From positions 31,059,648 to 31,123,647 of the forward strand of contig NC_092673.1 of NCBI RefSeq assembly GCF_964355755.1: a DNA stretch of 64,000 nt, read 5' to 3'. This document shows, piece after piece, positions 46,301-56,813 of the stretch. Positions within the stretch are counted from its first letter, which is position 1. Every line of letters starts with the position of its first letter. Under the pieces are notes generated by a model, which saw only the letters and a list, made by a program, of their open reading frames with translations, was not told where the DNA came from and did no database searches. The position numbers and the translations under genes are program-made. Source of the stretch: Antedon mediterranea. Taxonomy: Eukaryota; Animalia; Echinodermata.

Positions 46301-47535
46301 AATTCATTGATTGACATGATCTACAATTTACCAAGCATTTTGATACAATTTTTAGTGTATTTGATCACTTCTCGATTTTAATTGTGTTGTATTTTTTTAT
46401 ATCTAGGCCCAGGGGGTGTTTATTTGATAGTACATTACATAGTAGTTACCATATTACACCCAAAAAAAATTAATTCCGCCTCCTAATTAACGCCTCCCTA
46501 AAAATAAACTCTTCCCTAAAAACCCTCGAATAAATACAGTAATAAGTTTTTCAAAAAATAGGTTTTTTTTTATGGTGATATTTTCTTTTTTCATTTTTAG
46601 AGAAGATAAGATTAATTTAGAGAAAGATTTTGAGCCGAACATTCTTAATAGTACAGTGTATATAATATCTATGTCTTTGCAACTCAGTACATTTGCCGTT
46701 AATTATAAGGTAAAGTCTCTACTTGATTAAAACATCTACCTCTATATATCTTTTAGTCATCATAAAAATGATTGTTTTTTATATAAATACATAATGCAAC
46801 TATTTTTTGGCCAATCTGGAAGGTTTTATCCACTCTACAATATACTAATCTAGGCTTGCTTAATCTCTGAAACAATCCTTGCTACATGCTTGTCAGCTGC
46901 AACAGAAAAAAAAGAAATTTAAAAATCATCTAAATATTTATGCTATGGTTAAATTTTAAAACTTTTACGTAAACTTTTTAGGGTCATCCGTTTATGGAAA
47001 GCCTACGCGAGAATAAGCCGCTTCTTTTCAGTATAATCTTCTCTAGCGTCGGAATTATTGGACTAGTGTCAGGATTGGTGCCGGACTTATCTCATCAATT
47101 TGAAATTATTGATTTTCCAGAAGAGGTAAGTACTCACCAGATTCCATAACTTATATTGTTTCATCTCATTGTAATGTAGATACCTGTATAGTTTTCAACA
47201 GAAATAGACTTTCTATTTTTATTTGTAATGCCAGTGCTTTGTCTTTATCAGTTTAATGGGGGTTTTTTTTCAACACAATAATAAACAAAAGACTACAATT
47301 TTGTGGGGGAGTATACTTTTATTGCTAAAATGCGTGACATCAATTCTAAATATTACTCAAAACAGCCACAAAATATACATGTTTCTTTCCCTTATTCAAG
47401 TTTAATACCAAGTTTGTACTTTTGCAGTTTCGTCTGATACTAATACAAGTTCTTGCTGCAGACATGCTGGCAGCTCTAGTTATAGACCGCACTCTACAAT
47501 TTTTACTAGGGGGCGGTAGACTACGTTCAGTTTGA
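22383..47535 (+). CDS. ATP13A1: P5A-type ATPase / ER transmembrane helix translocase, 27 exons, ~1167 aa
   Basis: Exons 22383-22637, 23535-23624, 24567-24754, 25647-25766, 25997-26105, 27406-27582, 28209-28338, 28460-28515, 29027-29153, 29556-29693, 30491-30611, 32168-32322, 32916-33091, 34339-34449, 34838-34963, 35242-35350, 36178-36287, 36607-36699, 37649-37745, 38135-38208, 39669-39794, 42754-42871, 45218-45414, 45939-46078, 46601-46709, 46982-47125, 47428-47535 (sum 3504 nt, in frame). Motifs: LTGES, P5A-specific [66 protein letters not shown]. Confidence 0.96.
22856..22891. repeat. Perfect 16-bp inverted repeat flanked by a 7-bp direct repeat
   Basis: CATAGAGATATTATAG-TGAA-CTATAATATCTCTATG with AATCAAC on both sides. 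Confidence 0.85.
22900..23065 (+). mobile_element. CR1-type LINE 3' end
   Basis: WNSLP / [21 protein letters not shown]-terminal ORF2 motif followed by a tandem tail (AATCACTAAAGGTAAG)x2. Confidence 0.6.
23861..24454 (+). mobile_element. Helentron-associated / DINE-like non-autonomous element
   Basis: Sub-TIR ACCTCCGCC / GGCGGAGGT, 5' ACCTCC..GGAGGT hairpin, (GTTT)n microsatellite, 3' hairpin then TCTAGTT, T-rich flanks. Confidence 0.75.
26151..27219 (-). mobile_element. Non-autonomous Helitron, family H1 copy 1
   Basis: Minus strand reads A|TCTATATATAAAT...hairpin GAGCGAGCGAAGTGAGCTC...CTAG|T. Alignable along its length with 62061-63175. Confidence 0.85.
27612..27805 (+). mobile_element. 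tRNA-derived SINE
   Basis: tRNA-like head GGAGCTGTAGCTTGGTGGTTATAGCGCTTGCC; body AAATGAGACTTAGTTTATAA..TATCCATCCTGTAATT shared with 37226-37425. Confidence 0.75.
29232..29365 (+). mobile_element. SINE fragment with Deu/Nin-like central domain
   Basis: GGTTCGAGCC B-box, then TCTTTTGGATAAGGACTACAAACCGTAGGTCC..GCACTTTAAAGAACC. Confidence 0.6.
29744..30140 (-). mobile_element. L2/CR1-type LINE 3' end with (TGAA)n tail
   Basis: Minus-strand [20 protein letters not shown] motif, a 3' stem-loop region and (CATT)n on the plus strand. Confidence 0.6.
30797..31060. mobile_element. MITE family A interrupted by a LINE/SINE 3'-tail insertion (30814-30946)
   Basis: Left TIR AGCTCTGTCTACACTAT, then (ATT)n plus a stem-loop insert, then the MITE core and right TIR. 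Confidence 0.75.
31575..32108. repeat. Degenerate ~180-bp tandem triplication
   Basis: TAAAGTCATTTA..CTGCATAGCA..ATGCAT..CCATG occurs three times. Confidence 0.8.
32711..32775 (+). pseudogene. tRNA-like remnant / SINE head
   Basis: GGTGGTCTAGAGGTATGA A-box and a degenerate GGGTCCGAGCC B-box; no complete cloverleaf. Confidence 0.4.
37043..37195. repeat. 51-bp tandem repeat x3
   Basis: ACGTATAAATACA..GCCAGAATTCCATTGAC starts at 37043, 37094 and 37145. Confidence 0.92.
37226..37425 (+). mobile_element. tRNA-derived SINE (same family as 27612)
   Basis: GGAGCTGTAGCT head, GGTTCAATCC B-box and shared body. Confidence 0.75.
38400..39330 (-). mobile_element. 5'-truncated Penelope-like retroelement (RT C-terminus, linker and GIY-YIG endonuclease, frameshifted)
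   Basis: [79 protein letters not shown]. Frameshift between the two ORF-track ORFs. Hammerhead motif just 3' of the stop. Confidence 0.9.
38475..38517 (-). ncRNA. Penelope-associated minimal hammerhead ribozyme
   Basis: Minus strand: GCAA-CTGAAGA-A-GTCA(aactgacagc)TGAC-GAAAC-T-GTC^TTGC. Confidence 0.72.
39804..41668 (+). mobile_element. Helentron-associated / DINE-like non-autonomous element, ~1.9 kb
   Basis: 5' palindrome AGTTATCCGC-TTAGTA-GCGGATAACT, T-rich tract, internal ~290-bp duplication, 3' sub-TIR GCGGATAACT, hairpin AACTCGTCA-AAG-TGACGAGTT, ending TCTAGTT. Confidence 0.8.
41693..41845. mobile_element. MITE family B, degenerate
   Basis: AGCTTCGTTCCCAC...GTGGGAACCAAACT termini. Confidence 0.6.
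42095..42551. mobile_element. MITE family C-related (Kolobok-like, TTAA TSD)
   Basis: TTAA|AGATGTATTGT...ACAATACATCT|TTAA. Confidence 0.75.
42555..42695. mobile_element. MITE family A abutting the TTAA of the preceding element
   Basis: AGCTCAGTCTACACTATCAAACT...TTTGATAGTGTAGACAGAGCT. Confidence 0.85.
42977..44594. mobile_element. 1.6-kb non-autonomous Kolobok-like DNA transposon
   Basis: TTAA TSD, TIR AGGGGGGTTCCGGGTTTAAAAT / ATTTTAAACCCAGAATCCCCCT, no long ORF. Confidence 0.8.
44805..45126. mobile_element. MITE family A interrupted by a LINE/SINE 3'-tail insertion (44861-45040)
   Basis: Left TIR and half core, insert starting (AATTG)n with a stem-loop, then the remaining core and right TIR. 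Confidence 0.75.
46118..46541. mobile_element. Tc1/mariner-like MITE
   Basis: TACTGTATTTATTTGA / TCGAATAAATACAGTA termini with repeated GAATAAA(C/T)GCC subterminal motifs. Confidence 0.65.
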
Positions 47536-47734
47536 AGACATGCTCATAGGTTAGTCGGAATAATAGATATACATTATAATGTTTGAACAGTCGGAATAAA
47601 TGCTCAGGAACTAGTGAAAAGAAATTGGTGTATCTAATCTACCGACTCCCGATTTGTGATCATCCTTGCTAATGCTAATGACTTAAATTGTCAGCTATGG
47701 ATTTTACACTTTCTCTTAAATCTACAGTCTTTAT

Positions 47735-48020
47735 TATCCAGCAGTCCAAAATGTCCTGGCAAGTTCTGGCCAGGTCTTGGCTAAATATCCAGGTCTGTCC
47801 TAAGTATCCAGGTCAGTTCTAAATCTCCAGGTCTTGGCTATATATCCAGGTCAGTCCTACATATCCAGGTCAGTCCTAAATGTCCAGGCCCATCTTAAGT
47901 ATCCAGGTCTTTGCTAACTATCCAGGTCAGTCCTAAATATCCAGGTCAGTCCTATATATCCAGGTCAGTCCTCCCAGGTCTTGGCCAAATATCCAGTTCA
48001 ATTATAAATATCCAGGTCAA
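47735..48020. repeat. Degenerate ~19-bp tandem repeat (TATCCAGGTCAGTCCTAAA)n in the ATP13A1 3' region
   Basis: Repeated TCCAGGTC core about every 19 bp. Confidence 0.85.
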
Positions 48021-48298
48021 TCCTATCATAATATCATGTCAATATATCAATTATTTTGATTATGTGCAATTCATAAGAGGAGCTTCTACTGAAGGAATTG
48101 TCAGCTGAGCACATAGATATATTATTGAATTATGAACTTTGACTTCATACGAGAAATATTTATATAATAGCAAAATATGTAACAACAATATAATAGTAGG
48201 TACAATTTGAAAATTGTACACTGCTCTTTAAACTTTTATAGTGAGCCCTCTATATTATTTAAAATGATTTTTTTTTTCAATCATTTTTATTCAATGAT

Positions 48299-48304
48299 AA
48301 TAAA
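48299..48304 (+). terminator. Candidate polyadenylation signal of ATP13A1
   Basis: AATAAA followed by a GT/T-rich downstream element. Other AATAAA hexamers exist, e.g. near 47595. Confidence 0.3.
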
Positions 48305-50669
48305 GTGATTAGATTTCAATCAAATGTGTGTGCTTTATTAAAACAATTATTAAATCTGAATTTATTTATTTATTTATAATCAATAACAATAAGAATAACT
48401 ATTGGCCATGGATTATTTTCCAGGCTCCGGAACGACAATTTTATTTGTTGTACTCTATCACTTTAACGCAACATTAATATTTTATGTGTGTGTAATAATA
48501 AAAATGCATTAATGATTACTGCTGTACTGTATAGATTTTAGTGTATACTGTCTTGTTAAAAACTCCGTGGAAACTCATTAAGAAATTCTAAATTATCTTT
48601 TTTCCACTATTGTAATCTGTTCGCAATTTTTTGTGTGAAAAATAGGATTTTTTGGGGGTCATTTATTTATTTATTCTACAAATAGTAGGTAAGAATGTGA
48701 ATAAATTCGGCTGGTGGAAAACGTGTTGATACCCTCTCACATCGCCTCGCACAACTCCGGAGTTGCGTCATACAAACCGCCAGTGTGGTCACGATGACGT
48801 TACTGCATGAGCAACGCAAGTTAATTGACCAATCACAAGCGACGGTTCTATTATCGTAACGATACTTGCGTTGCTTTTGCGTCCCTGCGTTGCGTCATCC
48901 TGTGTGACTGTAGAAAATATCATCGCCTACGGATCTTTAATCTAAAATAAACTCACTCAATCAATCAATCAATTAATAAAAACATCAACAAATTAACCGA
49001 TTGATTTATTTACAGATTACCTAAGTTCGATTTACCGATAAAATATGATGATTGATTCTGTTATATTTCGAAATGCTCTGCAGAGCATTCGCCGCGATTT
49101 AATTTATTTCTCAAACTCCATAGTACTACGAAACAGCAACCACAATAAATAAGGAATGTTTTTAAACGAAACTAGTATTCAATTAATTTTAAAACAAGGA
49201 ACTGTCGCAAACATTTCTTTGAAGTCGTCGCGCGCTGGTTTTTGAAGAATGCGTCTCCGTTATTTGTGCCGCTTTGATCAACCTAAAATTCTCTTAGGAA
49301 ACATTTACAAAATTTAGGCTCTGGGAACTATTACCCCAGTTTCCCGTGTTGTTTACACCAGATAATTTGCGTTGAATTTTTTAAGTAAATGGGTGAGCTA
49401 TATTGTTATTTATTAAGCCGACAGACTCCGTTGACTTGTAACCAATAATTGTAGATTTGAAACGTGCGAAACATTTTAAACCGTGTTTGGTTGTCACAGT
49501 TAGAAGACGAATTTGAGATTTTTCCATTTTCACGCATACAATACATCACCTCTACTTTTCCTCTTCAATATTGCGGACCAATTTCCTCGTCTTTCTTTTT
49601 GATACGCTTGAGTACACATTGGATAATGATCTGGTTGAAGTGGCATTTACTGATTACTTCTAGTTTAAGAAAATACATTTAAACTGAGATATATAAAACC
49701 TCCTCATCAATATTTTAACTCAACTTAATTAGATTTAAAAGTAGGCTTACTCACGAGCAAAAATGTACAGTGTGAACTAAACTGTACAAGGTACACGAAT
49801 AGCATAGTCTAACCATGGATAAATGAATTCGTTTCACAGGCAATAGAATATTAATATGATCTCCAATTTCGGTATTCGTGTCCCCGTCCGCGATATTTCT
49901 TTTCGTACATAGGTTGGGGACCCCTCATGAAACTTCACAAAATAAACATGAATATTCATTAGTCATATCCATAAGGTGTTACGTCATAATTACTACAATT
50001 CGCTAATGCAAACACATTTTTGTCGAGCCGTCTTTGTAGTCAAGCGCATTAGATTATGAACTTTGCGTATCGATGTATGGGCTTCAAATCCCATGTGCAG
50101 CTTATTTAGAGGGTTAGTTTTTGTTGCATTTAGGAAATAGTTCACATAAGGGGTGCCCAAATTATGTACGAAAAAAAAATCGCTCCCCGCTCGTAATTTA
50201 AGAAACAACAATCTCCTCTGTGTTCTCTTTAGTAGTGTCATTAGTAGTAGGTTATCTTTTAATAGTTTCGCATAGGCCCATCCCTATATCGACATTTTTA
50301 ATTCCAATCTTTATCTGTTTCTTCGTAATTTAAGTGTTTCTGAGTTGAGGTAGTTGTCTTTGTTTCTGTTAACCAAGCTGTAAATGGCGGATGTGTCTCT
50401 GCTGTTGTTTTTGGTTTTAAAATGAAATAAAATAATTCTTTATAGTTTTATAGTATCATATCAGGCATTCAGAAATGAATCAAGTGTGTTTAAAGTTGAA
50501 ACGCGATTATTACAGTATACAATAGTCTAGGATAGACAAAGGGCCAGCGTGTAGGTCGGCGTGCGGACGTTTTCCACTTAAGATATCAATGTAAGAAAAA
50601 AATGTACCCAAGACACAATCGGTTTATCGGTACGATAATAATAATGATATAAGGTCATTACAATATTAA

Positions 50670-50998
50670 AGATGTATTTTCCCCCAAAAACAAGAAAAAT
50701 GAAGATTATGTAAATCAGACTTTGAATAGGTTTTTTGTAATAAAGTTAATCACCTTCATAGAAAAAAGTGGGGGAAAATGTTCTCGCTTTTAAAATGACA
50801 AAATAAATGGTTAAATTCAATCAAAAACTCACTGGCTGGCAGCCAATTTGACTATTTTTGTTTTAAATTACTATTTTTCAGGTAACTATTTTTTTTCGAT
50901 CCAATTTTTGGTTAAAGTGAATAACTATTATAAGAAATTAAAATGGCACATTAAAAAAACAAATGTTAAGAATTATTTTTCAGGGGGACAATTCATCT
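50670..50998. mobile_element. MITE family C (Kolobok-like, TTAA TSD)
   Basis: TTAA|AGATGTATTTTCCCC...GGGGACAATTCATCT|TTAA; inverted relative to 4645-4871. Confidence 0.8.
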
Positions 50999-51656
50999 TT
51001 AAGGCTTATGAATTTTAAAAAAAAATTCAATATAACAGAGTACGGGTTTACTTGCTATGATTTTAAGTTAACGATAATCTATTTCTCATTAATTAGCAGG
51101 TGCAATTATTCCTGATTAAATTTAAACTCGTAAAAGTGAACAATCGAGATTAAACGACTTGCGAGTTTATTTTATCCCTTCGTATTGCACACATTCGTGG
51201 CAAGCCTAGTTGAAATGATGAAGCAGTTCCAATGAATCGTCGTTTTTATAGATTTTACAAAACATATATCTGTCATCATCATCTATCACCGATGGTAAAT
51301 TTGTGCAGCTATAACTCGCAGTCTTTCAACTTTTTGATAATAAACATAAAATAGATTACCTCCGTATTATCAACGGTTGTTTTATGATTTTGTATTATCG
51401 TGCCGAAACACATTCATTATGTATAAGTTAAATACCGATGCTGTTTAAAATAGCTTATGTCACTCACTAAATATTGAAACGTAACCGCTGTGCTTTTATA
51501 TTTGTTTAACCGCAAGTCAATTGAGAGAAAAAATTAATAAACTAAATCCGCATCCGATGATTTTATATATAGATTGAACATGGTTTTTTTTTTCGTAACG
51601 AGAAGGTTAAATTTGTTACAAACAAGTCCATTGGGCAGTTTACGGTACATTTGTAA

Positions 51657-51885
51657 AGCGTGGTTCCCGTAGGTTATTTGACCAATTACAAGCGATGGAT
51701 TATTCTAACTGTCGCTTTTCATTGGTCAACTGGCCATCTTGCGTTGCGTCTACCTCCGTTTGTTCCCGATTGGACTCAACGCAGTGACGTAAGCGCAAGG
51801 CAAGTAATTTTACCACGACACGATGGCTCGTCCGAACTGTCGCTTGTGATTAGTCAACTCACATGCGTCGTCCACGTGTGAACGA
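51657..51885. mobile_element. MITE family B-derived rearranged remnants
   Basis: AGCGTGGTTCCC, TTGACCAATTACAAGCGATGG and CTTGCGTTGCGT motifs. Similar remnants at 34014-34152, 48780-48910 and 58152-58315. Confidence 0.55.
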
Positions 51886-53415
51886 ACAGTCTCTTTGGTA
51901 AAGAAAGAGAAACATAATATTATAGCAAGTGTATATTATATTTTTAATTGTTTATTTTTAATCTTTTATCTAGTGTTTTTATTTCATTTTTTCCTTCTTT
52001 CAATGTTTACTTTTATTGAAGTCTTATCATTCAAACTCATATGTCTAGTAGTGTATTGCCTGTTATATTGCTCTTGTACTTTTTCTTGTACATTGTTATT
52101 GGAATTGATTTTGGCCAAATGAATAAACATTGTCGTACTAAAGGTTAGAAATCATTATTATTGAATAGACATCTTTCATATCAGGCATAATGTATATTAC
52201 AGAACAGGCCATATGACCAAGTTTTAAACAGAGGGATGCAATGTTGTTGCCCTTTTGTATTCGTGGTAAAGATCATGAACTCATTTATTTTTATGTTTAA
52301 ATTCAAACTACAATTGCTCCTTCACGATTATTGAATTTTCTACTTGTTGTCCCTATAGACCAGGTTATATCTTCTTATCAAAACTCACTACTGTTTTCGC
52401 TCAACAGATATTAATATTTAGCGATAGTTAATTGTTTTAGATGCAAATTTCATTAACTCTATGTAAATTAAGCAGTATTATCGGGCTTGCTTTGATTTTC
52501 AAGTTAGTTTTCATGATAAGATTCATAAGATATGCTTTACTGCATCTTTGATATTAGTAAATCGTTTGCGAGGCATATTTTCGTTTCGACCCCTTTTCGA
52601 GTATTATTTATAGATAGAATGTGCACTATGTTCACATCTACTAACTAACTAACTAATGTCGATATTAGTACGCGCGCGAGCAATAGGCTTACTAATATTG
52701 TGTTAGTACGGCTATTGTACGCGCACGTACAAATATCAATAAGTTGACGCACAAGCTAAATTGTATTGAACTTGAGGTTACGTACCTAGAGAACGCTTCA
52801 ATCGTATATGTGACATTGTTTTCGTATATTTTAATATAGTTCGAGTGAAGAAATTAGGATAAACTTGTGTAATACATCCGTGGTTGTTCTAACCTAATGA
52901 CTTACTTGCGTCATGCCTGATGGCAAATAGTTCTTAATTTAATTGCATCAAAGGAAAGTTAATTGAAATTGAAAATAAGTAAAATTAATGCTTAAATGTC
53001 CAGATTATCATGGTTATTATACACGTGACTTCGGTTTTCTCAAAGTCTTGTCATTTTCTTAGTAGGATGTGATTTTTAATCAGTGTTGATGACACCTGTG
53101 ATATGTACCTTGTAAATTACTATTATCTTGACGGCCGCTTGATTAGTTTAGCTTATTAAATAAAGGCGTAAAACACATCAAAACGACATTACTGCAAGAC
53201 TAATTTCACAGGCTTTTATTAACAATCGTAGTGGGATTGTACAATAAGCTTTTTAGTCAATGCGCGGCCTTTACTTTTTATATTATCTTATTCTATTTTT
53301 TAGGCCTACTTGTTGATTTTGAATGATGTTTAATTTAGGTACATAATACCATTAGCATCATAATTGTGTAGATGTGTTTAATGTGAATACACTAAAAGTA
53401 TATGTATAACCCCTC

Positions 53416-53885
53416 CATTGACTACCTTTTCCCCACCGACTACCTCCTTCCCACCGACTACCTCCTCCCCACCGATTACCTCCTCCCCACCGATTACCTC
53501 ATCCCCACCGATTACCACCTCGCCACCGATTACCACCTCCTCGCCGATTACCTCCTCCTCACCAATTACCTCCTCCTCACCGACTACCTCCTGCCCACAG
53601 ACTACCTCCTCCCTAACCGATTACCTCCTCCCTAACCGACTACCTCCTCTCCCCACCGACTACCTCCTCTCCCCACCGACTACCTCCTCCCCACCGACTA
53701 CCTCCTGCCCACCGACTACCTCCTGCCCACCGACTACCTCCTCCCCACCGACTACCTCCTCCCCACCGACTACCTCCTCCCCACCTACTACCTCCCCACC
53801 TACTACCTCCTGCCCACCGATTACCTCCTGCCCACCGACTACCTCCTCCCCACCGACTGCCTTCTCCCCACCGACTACTACCCAT
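53416..53885. repeat. ~18-bp C-rich minisatellite (CCCACCGACTACCTCCTC)n
   Basis: Visible degenerate units; source of four repetitive ORFs. Confidence 0.95.
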
Positions 53886-54904
53886 AACTCCAATGGTAGT
53901 ATTAATTTATACGAGACGAATTGTTTAGACTATAGGCTTTGCATATAGATGTACGGGGTTCGGATCCTATGAACAACTTATTAGAAGGTTAGGCTAAATT
54001 ATATTTAGGAAATAGGTTTACATGAAGCCTATTTTTTTATGTGGAACAACTCGGCTATGTCTTTCTCCTCTTTTGCCTTAGTATAAACCGCCATTTTAAT
54101 CTATTTTTTTTTTATTACCAAGGTTTTATTTGGATTTAATAATGAATAATTTGATTAATTATTCAACTTCCACACACGTTTTTGTGTAACACGTGTTTGT
54201 AATTTACGTGTTAGATTATTGAATTTACTTAATTATATTGAGAGACAACACTTCTTTATTAACACTTTACTCTTTTATTGGGTAAATTTTATAATTAGTA
54301 AAGGGCGCCCTGGTGACTGAAAATATGTAATATAATACAGGTGTATGGATGACGGTACAATCTTTGGTAAAAGCAGTTTGGTTAAGATTTAATACGCTGT
54401 CAAGAAACCATCATGCAACTGGTTTTTTGTTTATTAATAACAAATTTAATATGATAATTATAGGTTTTCGGAATTTTCTGAGTTTGGTTTAGCAGAACTC
54501 ATACTAAACGATTAGCGTGTGATATTGAGGAAAAAGCTCGTGAATAGTTCATTACCATGATCCATCTTTCATATTATCGACTTCTCCTTGCAAATGAATT
54601 TCCCCACCTATGTTATGTTTTTTCAGTTCTCGGTTCAATGTAAATGAAAAATCGATCGTATAATCATCATCACGTGGGGAGCAATTGTCACGTTTTTTTA
54701 AAAACTAAGTGTTTGTTATTATATACCGTATACTTTGAATTTCAGATGGTTCAATTTAGAGAAATAACGTCATAACATTATCATGTTGAGGAATTGTCGT
54801 TGAAACATGTCGATGTTCTCTTGAATCACATGTTTCTTATAGTCCATAACACGTAGTAATAGTAATTCATTCTCCACACAACATAAAACAATAAAGAAAA
54901 TGAT

Positions 54905-55845
54905 TATAAATCAACGTAGCATAATTTAACATCAGTTGTAAAAAAGGAGACCATAAGAGCGGGTTCACACTGTAACAATTTGTTTGCTTTAATTAGTGTA
55001 CTAATTGTATGTATTATATTAGTGACTGTTTCACACTAAAATATAACGTGTTTGCATCCATTTGATGTTGAGAAGTTTTAGTTATTATTTATAGTCCACA
55101 GCATAAAACACTACAGAAAATTAATATAAATCAACGTAACGTAATTTAACATCAGTTGTAAAGAGCGGATTCACACTATAACAGTTTATGTACTAATTGT
55201 ATTATATTAGTGACTGTTTCACACTAAAATGTGTTTGCGTCAAGTGTACTAGCTACTTTAGGCGCGTTCACACTGTGAACCCAATGTAACGTAATTTAAC
55301 AGCAGTTGTAAAGAGCGGATTCACACTATTTCATTTTTTTCATTTATCTTTTTATTTCGGAATATCATGGTGACATAATATTATATCCATAGCAAAAGAG
55401 AGAAAAAAAAATCTTAATCTAACAACAACTATAACAGTTTGTGTACTAATTGTATTATATTAGTGACTGTTTCACACTAAAATGTGTTTGCGTCAAGTGT
55501 ACTAGCTACTTTAGGCGCGTTCACACTGTGAACCCAATGTAACGTAATTTAACATCAGTTATAAAGAGCGGATTCACACTATAACAGTTTGTGTACTAAT
55601 TGTATTATATTAGTGACTGTTTCACACTAAAATGTGTTTGCGTCAAGTGTACTAGCTACTTTAGGCGCGTTCACACTGTGAAATTATTGTAACATAATTT
55701 AACAGCATTTGTAAAGAGCGGATTCACACTATAACAGTTTGTGTACTAATTGCATTATATTAGTGACTGTTTCACACTAAAATTTGTTCTAGCTACTTTA
55801 GGCGCGTTCACACTGTGAAACACACCACACTGTGAAACACACCAA
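54905..55845. repeat. 150-bp tandem satellite (~5 units) with a 98-bp insertion in one unit
   Basis: AAC(G/A)TAATTTAAC at 55138, 55288, 55541 and 55691. Insert 55330-55427 is flanked by ACTAT. Confidence 0.9.
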
Positions 55846-56612
55846 GTATAGTGCGTTCGTGTTGAAGGTTTATTATATAGACTCAATTTACTTATATTAA
55901 TTTATACTTGCCCTCTAACTCAATTACGGACGTGTGGATGCATGTAAATATAAAGTGATTCACACAGTATTTAAATTAGTTAATATCTACGTTGTTGATC
56001 AAACACGTTATCTCATGAGAACTGAGGTTAATGAAAGAATCTCTTGTAATCATTTTAAAGCTCTTTAACGATACTGACGTCACTTATTTTTTCATGCTCA
56101 CAAAATACAATAATTTACGAATACCGTGACCTCTTTTGTTTATATTTCATATTTAGGTATATTACGTAAATCAGAATTTCCACCTTTAAAATGGCATTGT
56201 TCTGCTAATGTATCAATCGTTATTGCATTAAATATGAAATATAAAGTTTAAACTGTTTCAAATCGAAGCAAATTACGCTTTGTCCTTTTCACACAGTTGA
56301 TAAATTAACCCCCTTAATCTTCTCAAATTCAAAATAGTCGATGATTGCTGGTGTATTTATATTGTAGAAAAAAAATATGACTGTTTTGTTCATGACTTAT
56401 CTGGGTTAACTGTAATACTATTATGTGTCTGGTGCAACCGAATACTACAATCAAAGATTAAATAGTTTGTTTTTCGTTTTCGTATAGATTACATACACAC
56501 CGCGCTGTTAAATGCATTGGTTCTTACTTTGCAACGACGTAATGCAACGCAAGTAAGTGACCATTAAAAAATGACAGTTCGGGTGATCTATCGTGTCGTG
56601 ATTGGTCGCTTA

Positions 56613-56813
56613 AGCTTGGTTCCCACTAGAACGTAACGCAAGGACGTAAACGCAACGCTAGCGTTTTAACCAATGGCAAGCGAAGTTAGAGACAGTTAGC
56701 AATCACAAGCGAATAAGGCATCGCTTGTGATTGGTCAATTCACATGCATTGATTGGTCAATTCACATGCGTTGCTTTACGTCCTTGCGTTGCTTCGCTAG
56801 TGGGAACCACACT
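56613..56813 (+). mobile_element. MITE family B, young copy nested in an older relative (56515-56866)
   Basis: TTA TSD and full TIRs; the flanks are the two halves of a degenerate family-B copy. Confidence 0.88.

Noticed and set aside
49560-49760. Possible minus-strand terminal exon (VISKCHFNQIIIQCVLKRIKKKDEEIGPQY*)
   Set aside because: The nearest upstream donor gives a stop in the required phase, and no family is recognisable.
50190-50405. Minus-strand fibronectin-III-like peptide scraps (DGPMRNY.KITY)
   Set aside because: Multiple stops and frameshifts; the resemblance is too weak to support even a pseudogene call without a search.
53402-53948. Mucin-like or Gly/Trp-rich proteins
   Set aside because: All four ORFs are readings of an 18-bp minisatellite, with no signal peptide or splice context.
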